The position numbers and the translations under genes were made by a program. Positions 39,659 through 51,098 of a stretch of DNA of 64,000 nucleotides are shown here, piece by piece. This DNA is from Bugula neritina. Lineage: Eukaryota; Animalia; Bryozoa. The stretch is taken from the NCBI GenBank assembly GCA_964035545.1, contig OZ037770.1, forward strand, positions 15,242,642 to 15,306,641, written 5' to 3'. A model generated the notes under the pieces. The model had not been told where the DNA came from and ran no database searches. It saw only the letters and a program-made list of their open reading frames with translations. The stretch's first letter is position 1. The number at the start of each line of letters is the position of its first letter.

Positions 39659-41311
39659 TACATAGCACCATATATAAGTTAGTTAGATTAATTTAGGTAT
39701 GTAATATAATATATTACAATAAAAATAAAAATGTTACAAAATTTTATAGTAGATTTGAATATGCAATGATAATATATTAATATGTTATTATTATAACACA
39801 TAAATAATGGTAACATAAATTATATCAGTGTGCAATGAATGACGGCAATATATATCATGTTATAATTTACTAAACAATAATATATAATTATGATATATGT
39901 GCCACAATAAAAACGTAATATACTAGTACACAAAATTAATGTTGTAACTATTTAAAATGTTTCATGTATAGCCTAATGGGCCTGTGTTTACAACAATAGA
40001 TCTGCAGAATAATTTATATTTTTAAATGCTTCAAAATAATAAAGGCAAAAGAAATTCAGGCTGCTTTTAAAATATTATGTTAAAAAAATTATTTCTTTGT
40101 AAAATACATTATAATAAAAAACAAGCAAATGTTATTGACCCTGTAGCTCAGTTATATAAATATTGTTAAAATTTTAGGCCAAAGGTACACATCCTGGTAC
40201 ACAAATTCTATAAAATAAACCTGTCTGAAAATCATTTGCGGCTTTAATTTGTCTGAGAATAATTTGAACAAATTAAAATAACGCCTACACTGCTTCTTTA
40301 GACAGACGCTGACCACAAGGGTAATGCCTGATCAATGTACTACAGAATTCCAGACTAGTATTTTATTGCAGGGGGCGTAGACAGGTGCACTTCAAGTGCA
40401 TGAGGGGGGTAAAGGCTTCGATACAATAAAAATATCAAAACTTAATGTTTTATGTTTTTTATTTATTATTTATACAGTGCAAACATATTATCGATGTAAA
40501 GATGGATGAGATAAGGATAAGTATATTAGGTTCTCTCAATGCATCTGACACATTTTTTGAGCTAAAAATTTTAAAGAATGGAAAATGAATAACTAATGTT
40601 ACTATATTTTTTATCATAAAGAAAAAGCTGTTGGTATTTATTACTGAAGAACTTATATATGTATTTGTATGCTTTAATGTAGTTAAATTTTGCATTAAGA
40701 TTTAGGTAATTTATATTGACACAAATTAATGAAAACTAAAACAAATTATTAAAATAAATTGCTTAATTAGACAATATGCTACAGCATTATGTTGTGCTCC
40801 ACCCCTTTGCTTATAACCCTTTGATCCCATTCTATTATAAACACCAATTACCCCCTTCTATAAACAATTTTGAATTCCTACTCTGATATTACTTTAAACA
40901 AGGCAGTTCCGGGTTTGCAAACAAACCAACTAACAAATTAAACAGTTTCTTGTACTTCGCCATCAATTTTTTTGGCCCTTAAGGCCATATTGTACTCACT
41001 AGAGAATATTGTTATTGTTTCTATGATAAGCTTTCTTTTTATTAGTAAATTGGTTTTTTATTAGTGGAGCTATAAACTGGTGCAAAATTGTTTTGTTATT
41101 TTATTAATGAGCTTCTTTTTTATTGCAAAATGCCAGTTTAAATATTTGTGAATCATTCACATAAAATTGTATAATTTGATGTGTTACTTAAAACGGGACA
41201 AAGTAATTATTTAAAATACAAAAAATATATGCTGAAATATGAGTTTGTGCTAAAGAAACAGAGCATATTAATTTTATTCAATATTTTGGTGCGTATATAG
41301 ATTAATACAGT

Positions 41312-41508
41312 GTAATATAATATATGATACAACATATTATAATAAATAATACAATATAATATAATATATAATACAACATATTATAATAAATAATACAACA
41401 TATTATAATAAATAATACAATATAATATAATATATAATACAATATAATATAATAAATAATACAATATAATATAATATATAATACAATATAATATAATAAA
41501 TAATATAA
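41312..41508. repeat. AT-rich degenerate minisatellite (TAATACAATATAATA-type units)
   Basis: Tandem degenerate units visible; source of spurious ORF 41302..41523. Confidence 0.8.
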
Positions 41509-41769
41509 GATGTAATTTGACATGATTTGGGCTGCGTTTCTAATTTTTTGTTGAAAATAAAAACCTTTAGCAATGTTTTATATTGATTTAACCTCTACTC
41601 ATACAATCTCAAAACTCAAGATTCACAAATCCACAATTTTAATTAGATTTTGTAAAGAAAACTCAGAAGCTTGAGTAAAATAGTTTATTCAAATATATAA
41701 ACTATAATAAATAAGTATAAACCAACATAAACCATATTTTCAGCTCTGCATTTCTTGAAGCGATAGCCC

Positions 41770-42062
41770 TACCCCCCTATTCACACTTACTGTATCGTGG
41801 GCCGTAAAATATATAGGCCTAAACGCAAAATATCAGCCATTTTTAATGTGTCCAAGCTGAAATTTTCCAAGTTCACTGTTAGGTACGATCTATGACACTT
41901 CATTGGACAGTTATATTCAATGAGTTGACGCAGAAGTTTTTGAATCAAGCAGTGTTTGATCCTACCTCACTGCAACACACCGTACAGGAAGCTTAGACAT
42001 TTGTAAAAATGGCTAATATTTGCTGTTACGGCTTACGATACGGTAAGTGTGAATAGGTGGTA
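41770..42062. mobile_element. MITE / non-autonomous DNA transposon, ~35-bp imperfect TIRs, TA-flanked
   Basis: CCCCTATTCACACTTACTGTATCGTGGGCCGTAA ... TTACGGCTTACGATACGGTAAGTGTGAATAGGTGG; inverted homolog at 46644-46947. Confidence 0.85.
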
Positions 42063-42519
42063 AGCTCTTAGATTAAAATCCTGTAAGGTTTGTTGATCTA
42101 TGTTTTGGTCCATATGGAAAGCCTGGGGGCATGCTAGCATACGAAAACATCCTATTTTTGATTATATGAAAATACTCTTAACAATTAAGACATAATTTAA
42201 ATTTACCGCAGGCTTACGTCACACAGTCATGTAAACAGATATTAATAATTTGGGGAACTGAAACATTCAATAAATTTTTCTTAAAGTATGTACTTTAACC
42301 TTGTTAAAAAAGTTACTAACATTTCATAGTACTCAGTGGTCAAGAGAAAGGGGGCTTTTTGAGATTTGTAAGTAAAGAGATGACTCTTTTTTAGAGAAAT
42401 GAAAATTTCTTTTTAGAGCTTTGAACTCTAGTATCTAAATACATTGGTAACAAATAGCGACCTGAACTGAAGTCTGAAAAATAAATTTAAGTTTAACTAG
42501 GGGTTTAGATGGCACTCTG

Positions 42520-42565
42520 CATCCACCCCTTTATTGATAGCTCAGACTAGGCAAACTATATAAAG
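42520..42565 (+). promoter_or_regulatory. Putative promoter of mucin D (CACCC box, TATA)
   Basis: ATCCACCCC at ~42521, TATATAAAG at 42557, ATG at 42618. Confidence 0.5.
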
Positions 42566-42617
42566 GAGCGCAGCATTCAGAGAAGTGATTTATTTAATAA
42601 CAATTATCAGATGCGAG

Positions 42618-45188
42618 ATGGCACAGTGGCAGGCAGTGATCGTATGCATTCTACTAACCTTGGAGGGGTGAGCAGTCATTTTTTATGTTGATGTTTTGAT
42701 TTTCTTTTCAAATATTTAAAATTTGAGTTAAAAGTTGAAAAAACATAAAATCATTTGCATGCAGCTGAACTAAGCATATAAAGGAATATTTATTATTGCG
42801 ATGTTTATTAATATAGGGGTAGGTGTTTCCCATTTCGAAAATAGTCATATATAGGCAACTGCTTTTTATTGAAAAAAATTTCAAACTGTTATGGGAATTG
42901 CTGAAAAATATCTTTAAAAAACTAAACTAAAATTATTAACTAGACATTTCAACAATCAAATTTATTTATTGCTTAGAATAAAAACACAGAACTCACCAAC
43001 TCCAAACTCTCCTCAGTCATCCAACCATCAGGGAGAGGCTTTAGCAGCAATTTTGAATGCATTTCTAAACTCCAAACCTAATCAGACTCAACCTACGGCA
43101 AACTCACCTCCTCAAAAAGCTGTAGAGAAATCATGGGTAGATGTCCTGCAGGACACCATGGTGTCGGCTTTGAGACAGCCCCCCAGCCCTGCTGCTCAAC
43201 CTTTACTACCAGGAGATCCACCTGCACCAACTTCTTCCACAGCGCCAGGAAGTCCAACTGCATCAGCTGCTCCCACAACTCTAGCCAATCCAACTGCACC
43301 AGCTGCTCCCACTGCTCCAGGAAATCCAACTGCACCAGCTGCTCCCACAGCTCCAGCAGATCCAACTGCACCAGCCGCTCCCACAACTCCAGGAAATCCA
43401 ACTGCACCAGCTGCTCCCACAACTCCAGCAGATCCAACTGCACCAGCTGCTCCCACAACTCCAGGAAATCCAACTGCACCAGCTGCTCCCACAACTCCAG
43501 CAGATCCAACTGCACCAGCTGCTCCCACAACTCCAGGAAATCCAACTGCACCAGCTGCTCCCACAGCTCCAGCAGATCCAACTGCACCAGCCGCTCCCAC
43601 AACTCCAGGAAATCCAACTGCACCAGCTGCTCCCACAACTCCAGCAGATCCAACTGCACCAGCTGCTCCCACAGTACCAAGAGATCTAACTGCACCAGCT
43701 GCTCCCACAACTCCAGCAGATCCAACTGCACCAGCTGCTCTCACAACTCCAGCAGATCCAGCTGCACCAGCTTCCACAGCAGTCTCAAAAGATCCGACAC
43801 TGAAGTCTAGCACAGCAGCACCAGTAAATTCAGCAACTCCAGTTGCACCCTCTGTGTCTCCTACCGTTACAACAAACCTTAATAATCCACAGACTTCTGC
43901 ATCTGGTGCAAAACCCCCAGCTTCAACATCAACTACACCACTGGTGACGTCAGACTCTGTACCCCAACTTCTGCACACTACAACAGCTGCTGCCAGTCAA
44001 GGCACAACGTTTCAACCTTTACCTTCTAGCCCAGCCTCTCCAACATCTCAATCTCCAGCAACACCACTAACAGTCTCTCCCAGCACAAGCAATAGACAAT
44101 TACGTCAACATTTGCAAAACATCCTTCAAGCTCATGGAATAAACTTACCAAAAGTATCATCAATAATGCAAGTGCCGCCAGCGCAGAGTGTTACTCCAAT
44201 CTCTAACCCAGTGTCAAAGAAAGCCACGACAGTAGCGGCTTTAGAAGGAGTAAACGTACCAACAACAGCACACACTCCAACTACTGTTCACAGTTCACCT
44301 CAAGTAACTGTGATTACTGGTACAGTAGTGGGGACAAAAGCATTGCCTGCAGCAACTACTGCGTCCCAACCTGTAGCTGTAGCAGCAACTTTAAGTTCCA
44401 CACAACCTACTGCTGGAATGACTACAGAGTCACAAGCTGCAGCAAAGATGAAACCGGCAGTTACAAATGCTCCCACACTGGCAGGACTGTCTGAACTTGC
44501 CAACCGTGTTCCAACTCAAAGTGCAAAGACCACAGCGTCAGCAACAGCTGCACAAGTTCATTCTACTGTAGCAGTAGCAACTTTGAGACTAACAACCCCT
44601 GCTGCTCCCTCAGGCACTGCACCTTCAGTGCCAGTCAACCAGCCAACACAGTCCTCTGTGGCATCTCTGCTCAGCATCCCTTCCAAACCTTCTGTGAAGT
44701 TCTCAGTGCAGAACAGATGTGGTGTGATAGGTAAACAGTATTATAATATACTAGTATTATGATAATTTTTTGTGAGCAAAATTTGCCAGCAATTTAAAAT
44801 AAAGATGATAGAATATTACTTTATGTAAATTAAGCATTACTATTTAAAATTAATTGCTAAAGAAACATAAAAAATAAATAAATAATAATTCATAAAGATA
44901 TAAATTATTGAATTAATGATGAAGATGAAAGGTAATGCAAATGAAAATTATAGACAATTGGAACTACTGAATTCTTTCTCAAGTGCTCTTTGTATTTCAG
45001 CGCTATGTATTATGTAATATGCATTATTGCTTATACACTAAAACTTCCATAATTTATTTTCAGTTACTCCTGTAAACAAATGTGCAACCTTTAATGAACA
45101 ACTTTGCCCACCCGACACAGCATATGACCTGACGTTTTGTGTGTGTAATCACATATCTAAGGTGAACACGCAGACTTGCACAAGTTAA
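42618..45188 (+). CDS. Secreted mucin-like protein D (~642 aa) with C-terminal 6-Cys chitin-binding-like module
   Basis: Exons 42618-42667 (MAQWQAVIVCILLTLEG, phase 2), 42977-44730 (phase 1), 45064-45188; module CGVIVTPVNKCATFNEQLCPPDTAYDLTFCVCNHISKVNTQTC. Confidence 0.88.
43240..43770 (+). repeat. Coding 36-bp tandem repeat of mucin D (PTAPAAPTTPGN / PTAPAAPTTPAD alternating, 72-bp higher-order unit)
   Basis: Directly visible in ORF 42969..44762. Confidence 0.95.
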
Positions 45189-46643
45189 TTGGTAAGTTTC
45201 TTCCTTTTGACATAAACCTTATTGTTTCTAGCTACATGTGGTTGGTGTTTTATACTGAGCTGCACGGTTTTATCTCAAATCCTTAAAATGCTGTATTGCA
45301 ACTATTATATAATTATTTCTTTTTTACATTTTAGTAGAACTGCCAACTACAGTGACGGGCTTCATGGCGAACTAATTCCTTAAAAGTATTTTGTGTCAAA
45401 GTCAAATAACTTTTGCTTTCAAATATATTTTATGAGTTTCACATAATTATGTATTTATTTTTTAAATAAAATAATGATTAAAATAAAATTTTACTTTATC
45501 GAGTCAAATCCTTCTACCTACATACAAACACAATTGCAGTTATATTTCTAGCTATTTTATCGGCTTGGATACATGCAACATATGTCTGCAGGCAAAGTTT
45601 CCGCATGGATAAAAGATATGCAATATTACTGAATAATAATATTTGAATAGATTATCTTGAGTTTAAATTAAAAAGCATTTCTTAAAATATGTAAGCTTCA
45701 AGAAAAACAGAAAATCAAAGTCAAGAGCTAAAAACATCTGTAACATTGCTACATTTAAATAGAGTGATTGAAGACATAACTATAGTCTTAGCCTCTCAAT
45801 AGATGCTTGCAATTTTCAAACTGACATTGCAAAGTTGTCTGCACATGTGGCTGCTGCTAATAGGAGCCGATATTATTTTGATGCTGCAGTATAATTGAAG
45901 ATATAGTTAATGCTTTCAACTGTCCCAGTTGTTTGTCTAACAGATAAATTATATATAGTATATCACTAAATGCTAGTTTACAGGCTTTACATGAGAGCAC
46001 AACGATACCTGTGACGTAATTAAATCAAGAGAAAAGGATCTCAATAAACACATTTTGCGTTATCTATAATGCAACGTGGGAATGACTATATTGCTCAGAT
46101 CTGTTAACAATTTAATGAGGAGTTTATCAGGACAAAAGGAGTTCATAATTTCAAAATAAAGAAATTAGTAACACCTAAATAAGTTATGTGAGAAAAACCC
46201 ATAATTTTTATTGTTACAAATCTTATGTTTATAAGCATTTAAATTGGGGTTGAAAATTGTTAAACAGAATCATTGTGACTCTAATGGCCTTCAGATAGCT
46301 ATCATCATTCTACTGGAATAAAATAACGGAATTACGTTAACTGAATTATAATGATCATAATATAATGATTAGAATTTTACACCAAATCCGGCTTCCTATA
46401 GTATAAGCATATAGGCATTCCCTTAGCACCACCCTACAGCATTACGTAAATTGGGATGATAGTTATTGGGAGTGTAATGTAAATTCCATTGTGTCAATTT
46501 AATAAAGTAGTATTTAAATGTTGTTTTATCAGTTTAATTAGTGCTTTGGATGTTAGTGCTTTTTATGCCATTATTGTAGCAATTCACATGATAGATAAAA
46601 GCATTGTAAAGCTGGTATAGAAGGATATGGAAAGCATTCCATA

Positions 46644-46947
46644 TACCCCCTCATTCACACTTATCGTACCGTAGGCCGTAACACCAAATATCATCCATTT
46701 TTACAAATGTCTGAGCTTCCTGTATGGCGATATGGTACGTTAGGATCAAACACTGCTTAATTCAAAAATGTTGCAGAGGGCTCCTATCTGACAGAAAACT
46801 TTTGCATCAACTCATTGGATATAATTGTCCAATGAAGTGTCGTAGATCTTACCTAATAGCAGACTTTAAAAGCTTCAGCCCGGACACATTAAAAATAGCT
46901 GATGCTTTACATTAGGCTAATGGTACAATAAGTGTGAATGAGAGGTA
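46644..46947. mobile_element. MITE, same family as 41770-42062, opposite orientation
   Basis: TACCCCCTCATTCACACTTATCGTACCGT ... TGGTACAATAAGTGTGAATGAGAGGTA; interior is the reverse complement of the 41770 copy (CAACTCATTG-ATATAA-TGTCCAATGAAGTGTC). Confidence 0.85.
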
Positions 46948-47967
46948 CAGCTCATAGCTGTTACTACTAAGTATGCATCAGCAATATACTGTAATTGATC
47001 TCAAGTCATGATATATACCACAATTCAAATAGTTCTCTTTCCTATTTTACAAGAGACTGATTTCACACTTATAAGAACGCAAGGATTGTTGTTTGTAGCC
47101 CTAATTACCACCCCCTGTGAGACACCCTGGGACTGAAGGCATTGTATTAATTGTGGGTGATGTAATAAATTCTTAGTTTGAGGCAACAGAGCACCTGGAA
47201 ACTTGTTTATCATGGGTAATAATTTATTGCCAAACTGATTATAAATTATTAAAACATACAATCTAGCTACAACTACCTTTGAGTTAAAATATTATATTAC
47301 TTATTAAGGCTTGTGCTGTTTAAGAAGTAATACCTGTTCACAGTGAAGTCTTGAAATGGCATTACAATTTAGAACTATTGACCCAATGCCCTTAAATCAT
47401 GAAATTAACACATGAAATAAGTTTAGATTTTTCAATAGAAGAGGAGTTTTCTTTCCTTAACTAAACTCATAGAAGCTTGAAATTAGTAGTTCATATTCAA
47501 GTAAATGAGTTTTGGTGATCTACAAACCATCTAGAACTTTCTTTAGAACTTATATTATACATACATACTATTAGCTTGGTTTATATATATTGTCAGCTAA
47601 AATTGTTAGTATTTTTACTACAAGCATTACAAAATTTCGAACATTTATAGTGATATTATAATTATTACAATTTATTATTATAAAAAAATTCATTTACGTA
47701 AAATCTTAGTTTGTTGTCTGCTTAGAAAAGATTTTTACGCAAAGCATTGGGAGCAAACCAGCATTTATTATGGTTGTCTTCTCTTGCACTATTAGAGCAA
47801 GAGTAGACAACTTTAGCTCTTTATCTCAATTTCTTTACAAAATGACTAGAAAAAATTAACAGATTTAATTACAAAAAGAAACTCTATCTTGAGTAAATGT
47901 AAATATTAAATAAGTAAAATTTGTTCAGCTTCATATGATAGCATATCAAGGAGCTTTTTATACAACT

Positions 47968-47975
47968 AATATATA

Positions 47976-48055
<80 letters not shown>

Positions 48056-48087
48056 TATAATATATATAATATATATATATTATATAT
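47968..48087. repeat. (TA)n microsatellite
   Basis: Directly visible. Confidence 0.9.
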
Positions 48088-49047
48088 TCAACACAGAAGA
48101 ATACATATCCTTGTTTTTTTGCAATATGCTATTAAATTTATAGGAATATGCAACTTTAATTATTATATGAAATAGCTTATACTTCAAAAGTTTGATGTGA
48201 GTCATTCTATTACTATATATATACTTTATATATTACTGTTTAAAACATTCAATATAAACTAGTTACAGCCCTAGCTATAGCTGTTTACTGTACAACAAGA
48301 TGCAATAACAAGTCTAAATATAGCTCATAATATACAGATCATCTCTCTCACATCTCACTGTGTATCTGAAGGGTACAGGCATATTCAGCACTCTCAGTTC
48401 TCATAAATCATTCTAATAACGTAATTATAGTATCATCTCCTTCTAAAACCCTCTTCCTGAATGATTCATACTATTTTCCACTTCATAGCATTGGCTATTT
48501 CATGCTTTATTAGAATGTTGTCATGGAAACGGAAATTAATTACCTGGCATTTATACTAGTTAAGCTGTTTATGCTCTTCAAGGAGTGTATGAAGATTTTT
48601 AACCCTTTCATGCACAGGGTTCACGTAGCAAAAAACTGAGTGATTTTGAGATTTGTGTTAAATTAACTTGAACTAAAATAATTTCTTGTCATTAGTTTTA
48701 CTAAATTTCTCATATTTCTTCATTACTTTTACAATGTTTTATACGAAAACATGTATATTTAAACTATAACAATTAGTTATACTGCTTATAAGAAAAAAAT
48801 CATTGTGTTTTTAAGTGATCCCTGAATGTTTTAAATTTAAAAAGAGTGTTGTTTGTTATAAAATAAAAACTAATTTACTGATGTGTATTGAAATTGTACA
48901 GGAGGATTATAAAATGAGTTCTGAGCTAATAGGGGTTCATCATGTAAAGCTATACGCTCCTGTCTAAAAGATGATGGCAATTATTATATATATATATAGA
49001 TAACTAGCTAATTATAACTTTGTTACTTGACTACTAGTTATTACAGG

Positions 49048-50253
49048 ATGAGTAGGAAAATGGTGAAAACTGTGCTCTGTATTGCCATAGTTCTGAGTGT
49101 TATATTCTCTGTAGATGCAACCAATGGATTTGGTAATGGCGGAAACAGAGAGACTAACGGACAGGGGTAAGTTTCAATAATTCTTTGAATTTATATAATT
49201 TTTGATATGTTTGTTCATTACGTATTGTTATAAAACTAAATGGTTTGTTTTGAACAACACATAGAATTAGAATTACCGCAAGTTTATCAGAAATGTATTT
49301 GACAAAGAACGTTGAAGCTTAGGTCGTGCAGCAAACAAAATTAAAATTGTTATTTGTAGTAACACAAATGGAAAGGAAGAGTTCGATTGCAATGCATTTA
49401 TGGGGTCAATAAAGAAAGTTCTCCCTAATTCAAATAGTCTTGGGGACATCCTCACACTCTCCCGGTGTAGGGATCAACCAACTGGATCTTCAGCTACCAC
49501 CACACCTACCAGAAGTGCTAGAACCATCAGAACTACCAGACTACCAACATCTACTGCTACCACTACAACTACACTAAGATCACCTACTACTACAACTACT
49601 ACAACAAAATTATCTACTGCTACCACTACAACTACAACACAATCACCTACCACTACAACTACAACACAATCACCTACTACTACAAGAACTACATCAAGGT
49701 CATCTACTACAACTACAACTACTACAAGAAACACACCACAACCACCCACTTCTACAACCACAACACAATCACCTACTACCACGATGACAGCTGATTCAAC
49801 AAGAACAAGTTACATTCCAAACAAATGTGGCTACAGAGGTACAGTTAATACTCTCTATAATAATTTACTAATTGCTGTATTTTACAGAGTCTGCTAAGAG
49901 GAATAAGAAATCATTTTCAATCCTATCTTTTAATTGATCTCAGAATTTCTCTGCTTGACTAAGCTGATAAGAATATACATTCTATTAGCAATGATACCCT
50001 AATTAATCATTTTTATTTCGGATTAGTCTGTATTCTATACATATAGCTATATATTTACATATGACATCTAAATGTGCAGTAAATTAAAATACTATATAAT
50101 TGTATTGCGATTCTAGTGCCAAGCCAAGAAGAGTGTAAAGTATTTGGACCGTTCCGCTGTCCAGGCTTGTTGGTGTTCAATGTACAGAGCTGCAGCTGTG
50201 ACTACAGATCCTCAGTGAACCTTTCAACCTGCCGGACAATTTCTCAAGCATGA
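49048..50253 (+). CDS. Secreted Thr-rich mucin-like protein E (~207 aa) with C-terminal 6-Cys chitin-binding-like module
   Basis: Exons 49048-49166 (MSRKMVKTVLCIAIVLSVIFSVDA, phase 2), 49471-49838 (poly-Thr, phase 1), 50117-50253; module CGYRVPSQEECKVFGPFRCPGLLVFNVQSCSCDYRSSVNLSTC. Confidence 0.88.
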
Positions 50254-51098
50254 AAACTTTGGTGAGTGAAAATTACCATCACCGATAGTTGAAGGACAAT
50301 TAGAGTGCTTTATAGTGAACATACCCTGCATGTATATGCATGTATACATACTTATTAAATATTGCTACATGTCTCTATTGATATTGAATTAAGGTTTCGG
50401 TATGCGAAATCTATTTTAATTCTATAGCAGTTAAGCTGAATCTTTAAATCATGTTTATATAGTTTTAAGCAACCATTGTTTGCTATTTTGTCATTCAAAA
50501 TTTACAAAAAAAACAACATATTTTCAAGTTAGGAAAAAGTTTGCTTATAGCTATTTAAATCTGTTTCTCAAAGGCTTGCAAGACTAATCTGTAAAGAATA
50601 CAATGAATAATAAGTTTGCATTCTTTTTACAGACTTGAAAAGGCACCCAGAGCAATCACTAACTGGTGTATTTAAGAAGCTGTATCTTCCTTAACCTTTG
50701 CCAATCAACCTAATTATATAAGATATTTTGCTCAATTATAATGGCCATGTTGTCATATGTATGTTATATAGCTTGTATCATATTACACTAATTATACATA
50801 GGATTGCCACAGGACATCCTATTTTTGTATTATCTACTCTTAACTTACACCTTTTCAATTCTTTAGCTTTATTATATGATTACAATTTTGTAGAAAGTGC
50901 CTGTTACATGATTAAACATAATTTATAAAATGAAAGATTAATTTCTATTTATATAATGTTTTCTGAAGCTAAATAGGATAGTATCAGTTAGTACCAGTCG
51001 ACACAGTTTGCTCGTGGACACTGACTGTCCAATTTTGTATATAAATGAATCAACAGTACCTCTTGGTGATTGACGCTAGTACATTCATTAGAAAGATC

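Noticed and set aside
18353-43770. Regular 24-36-bp repeats as CRISPR arrays
   Set aside because: Contiguous coding tandem repeats without unique spacers, in eukaryotic DNA, with no cas genes.
18340-49782. Long antisense and alternate-frame ORFs over the mucin exons (e.g. 18340..19806 -, 27918..28850 -, 27932..28825 +, 28911..29822 -, 43093..43978, 35245..35568 -, 49474..49782 -)
   Set aside because: By-products of stop-free tandem repeats; only the P/T/A/S frame is phase-linked to signal-peptide and Cys-module exons.
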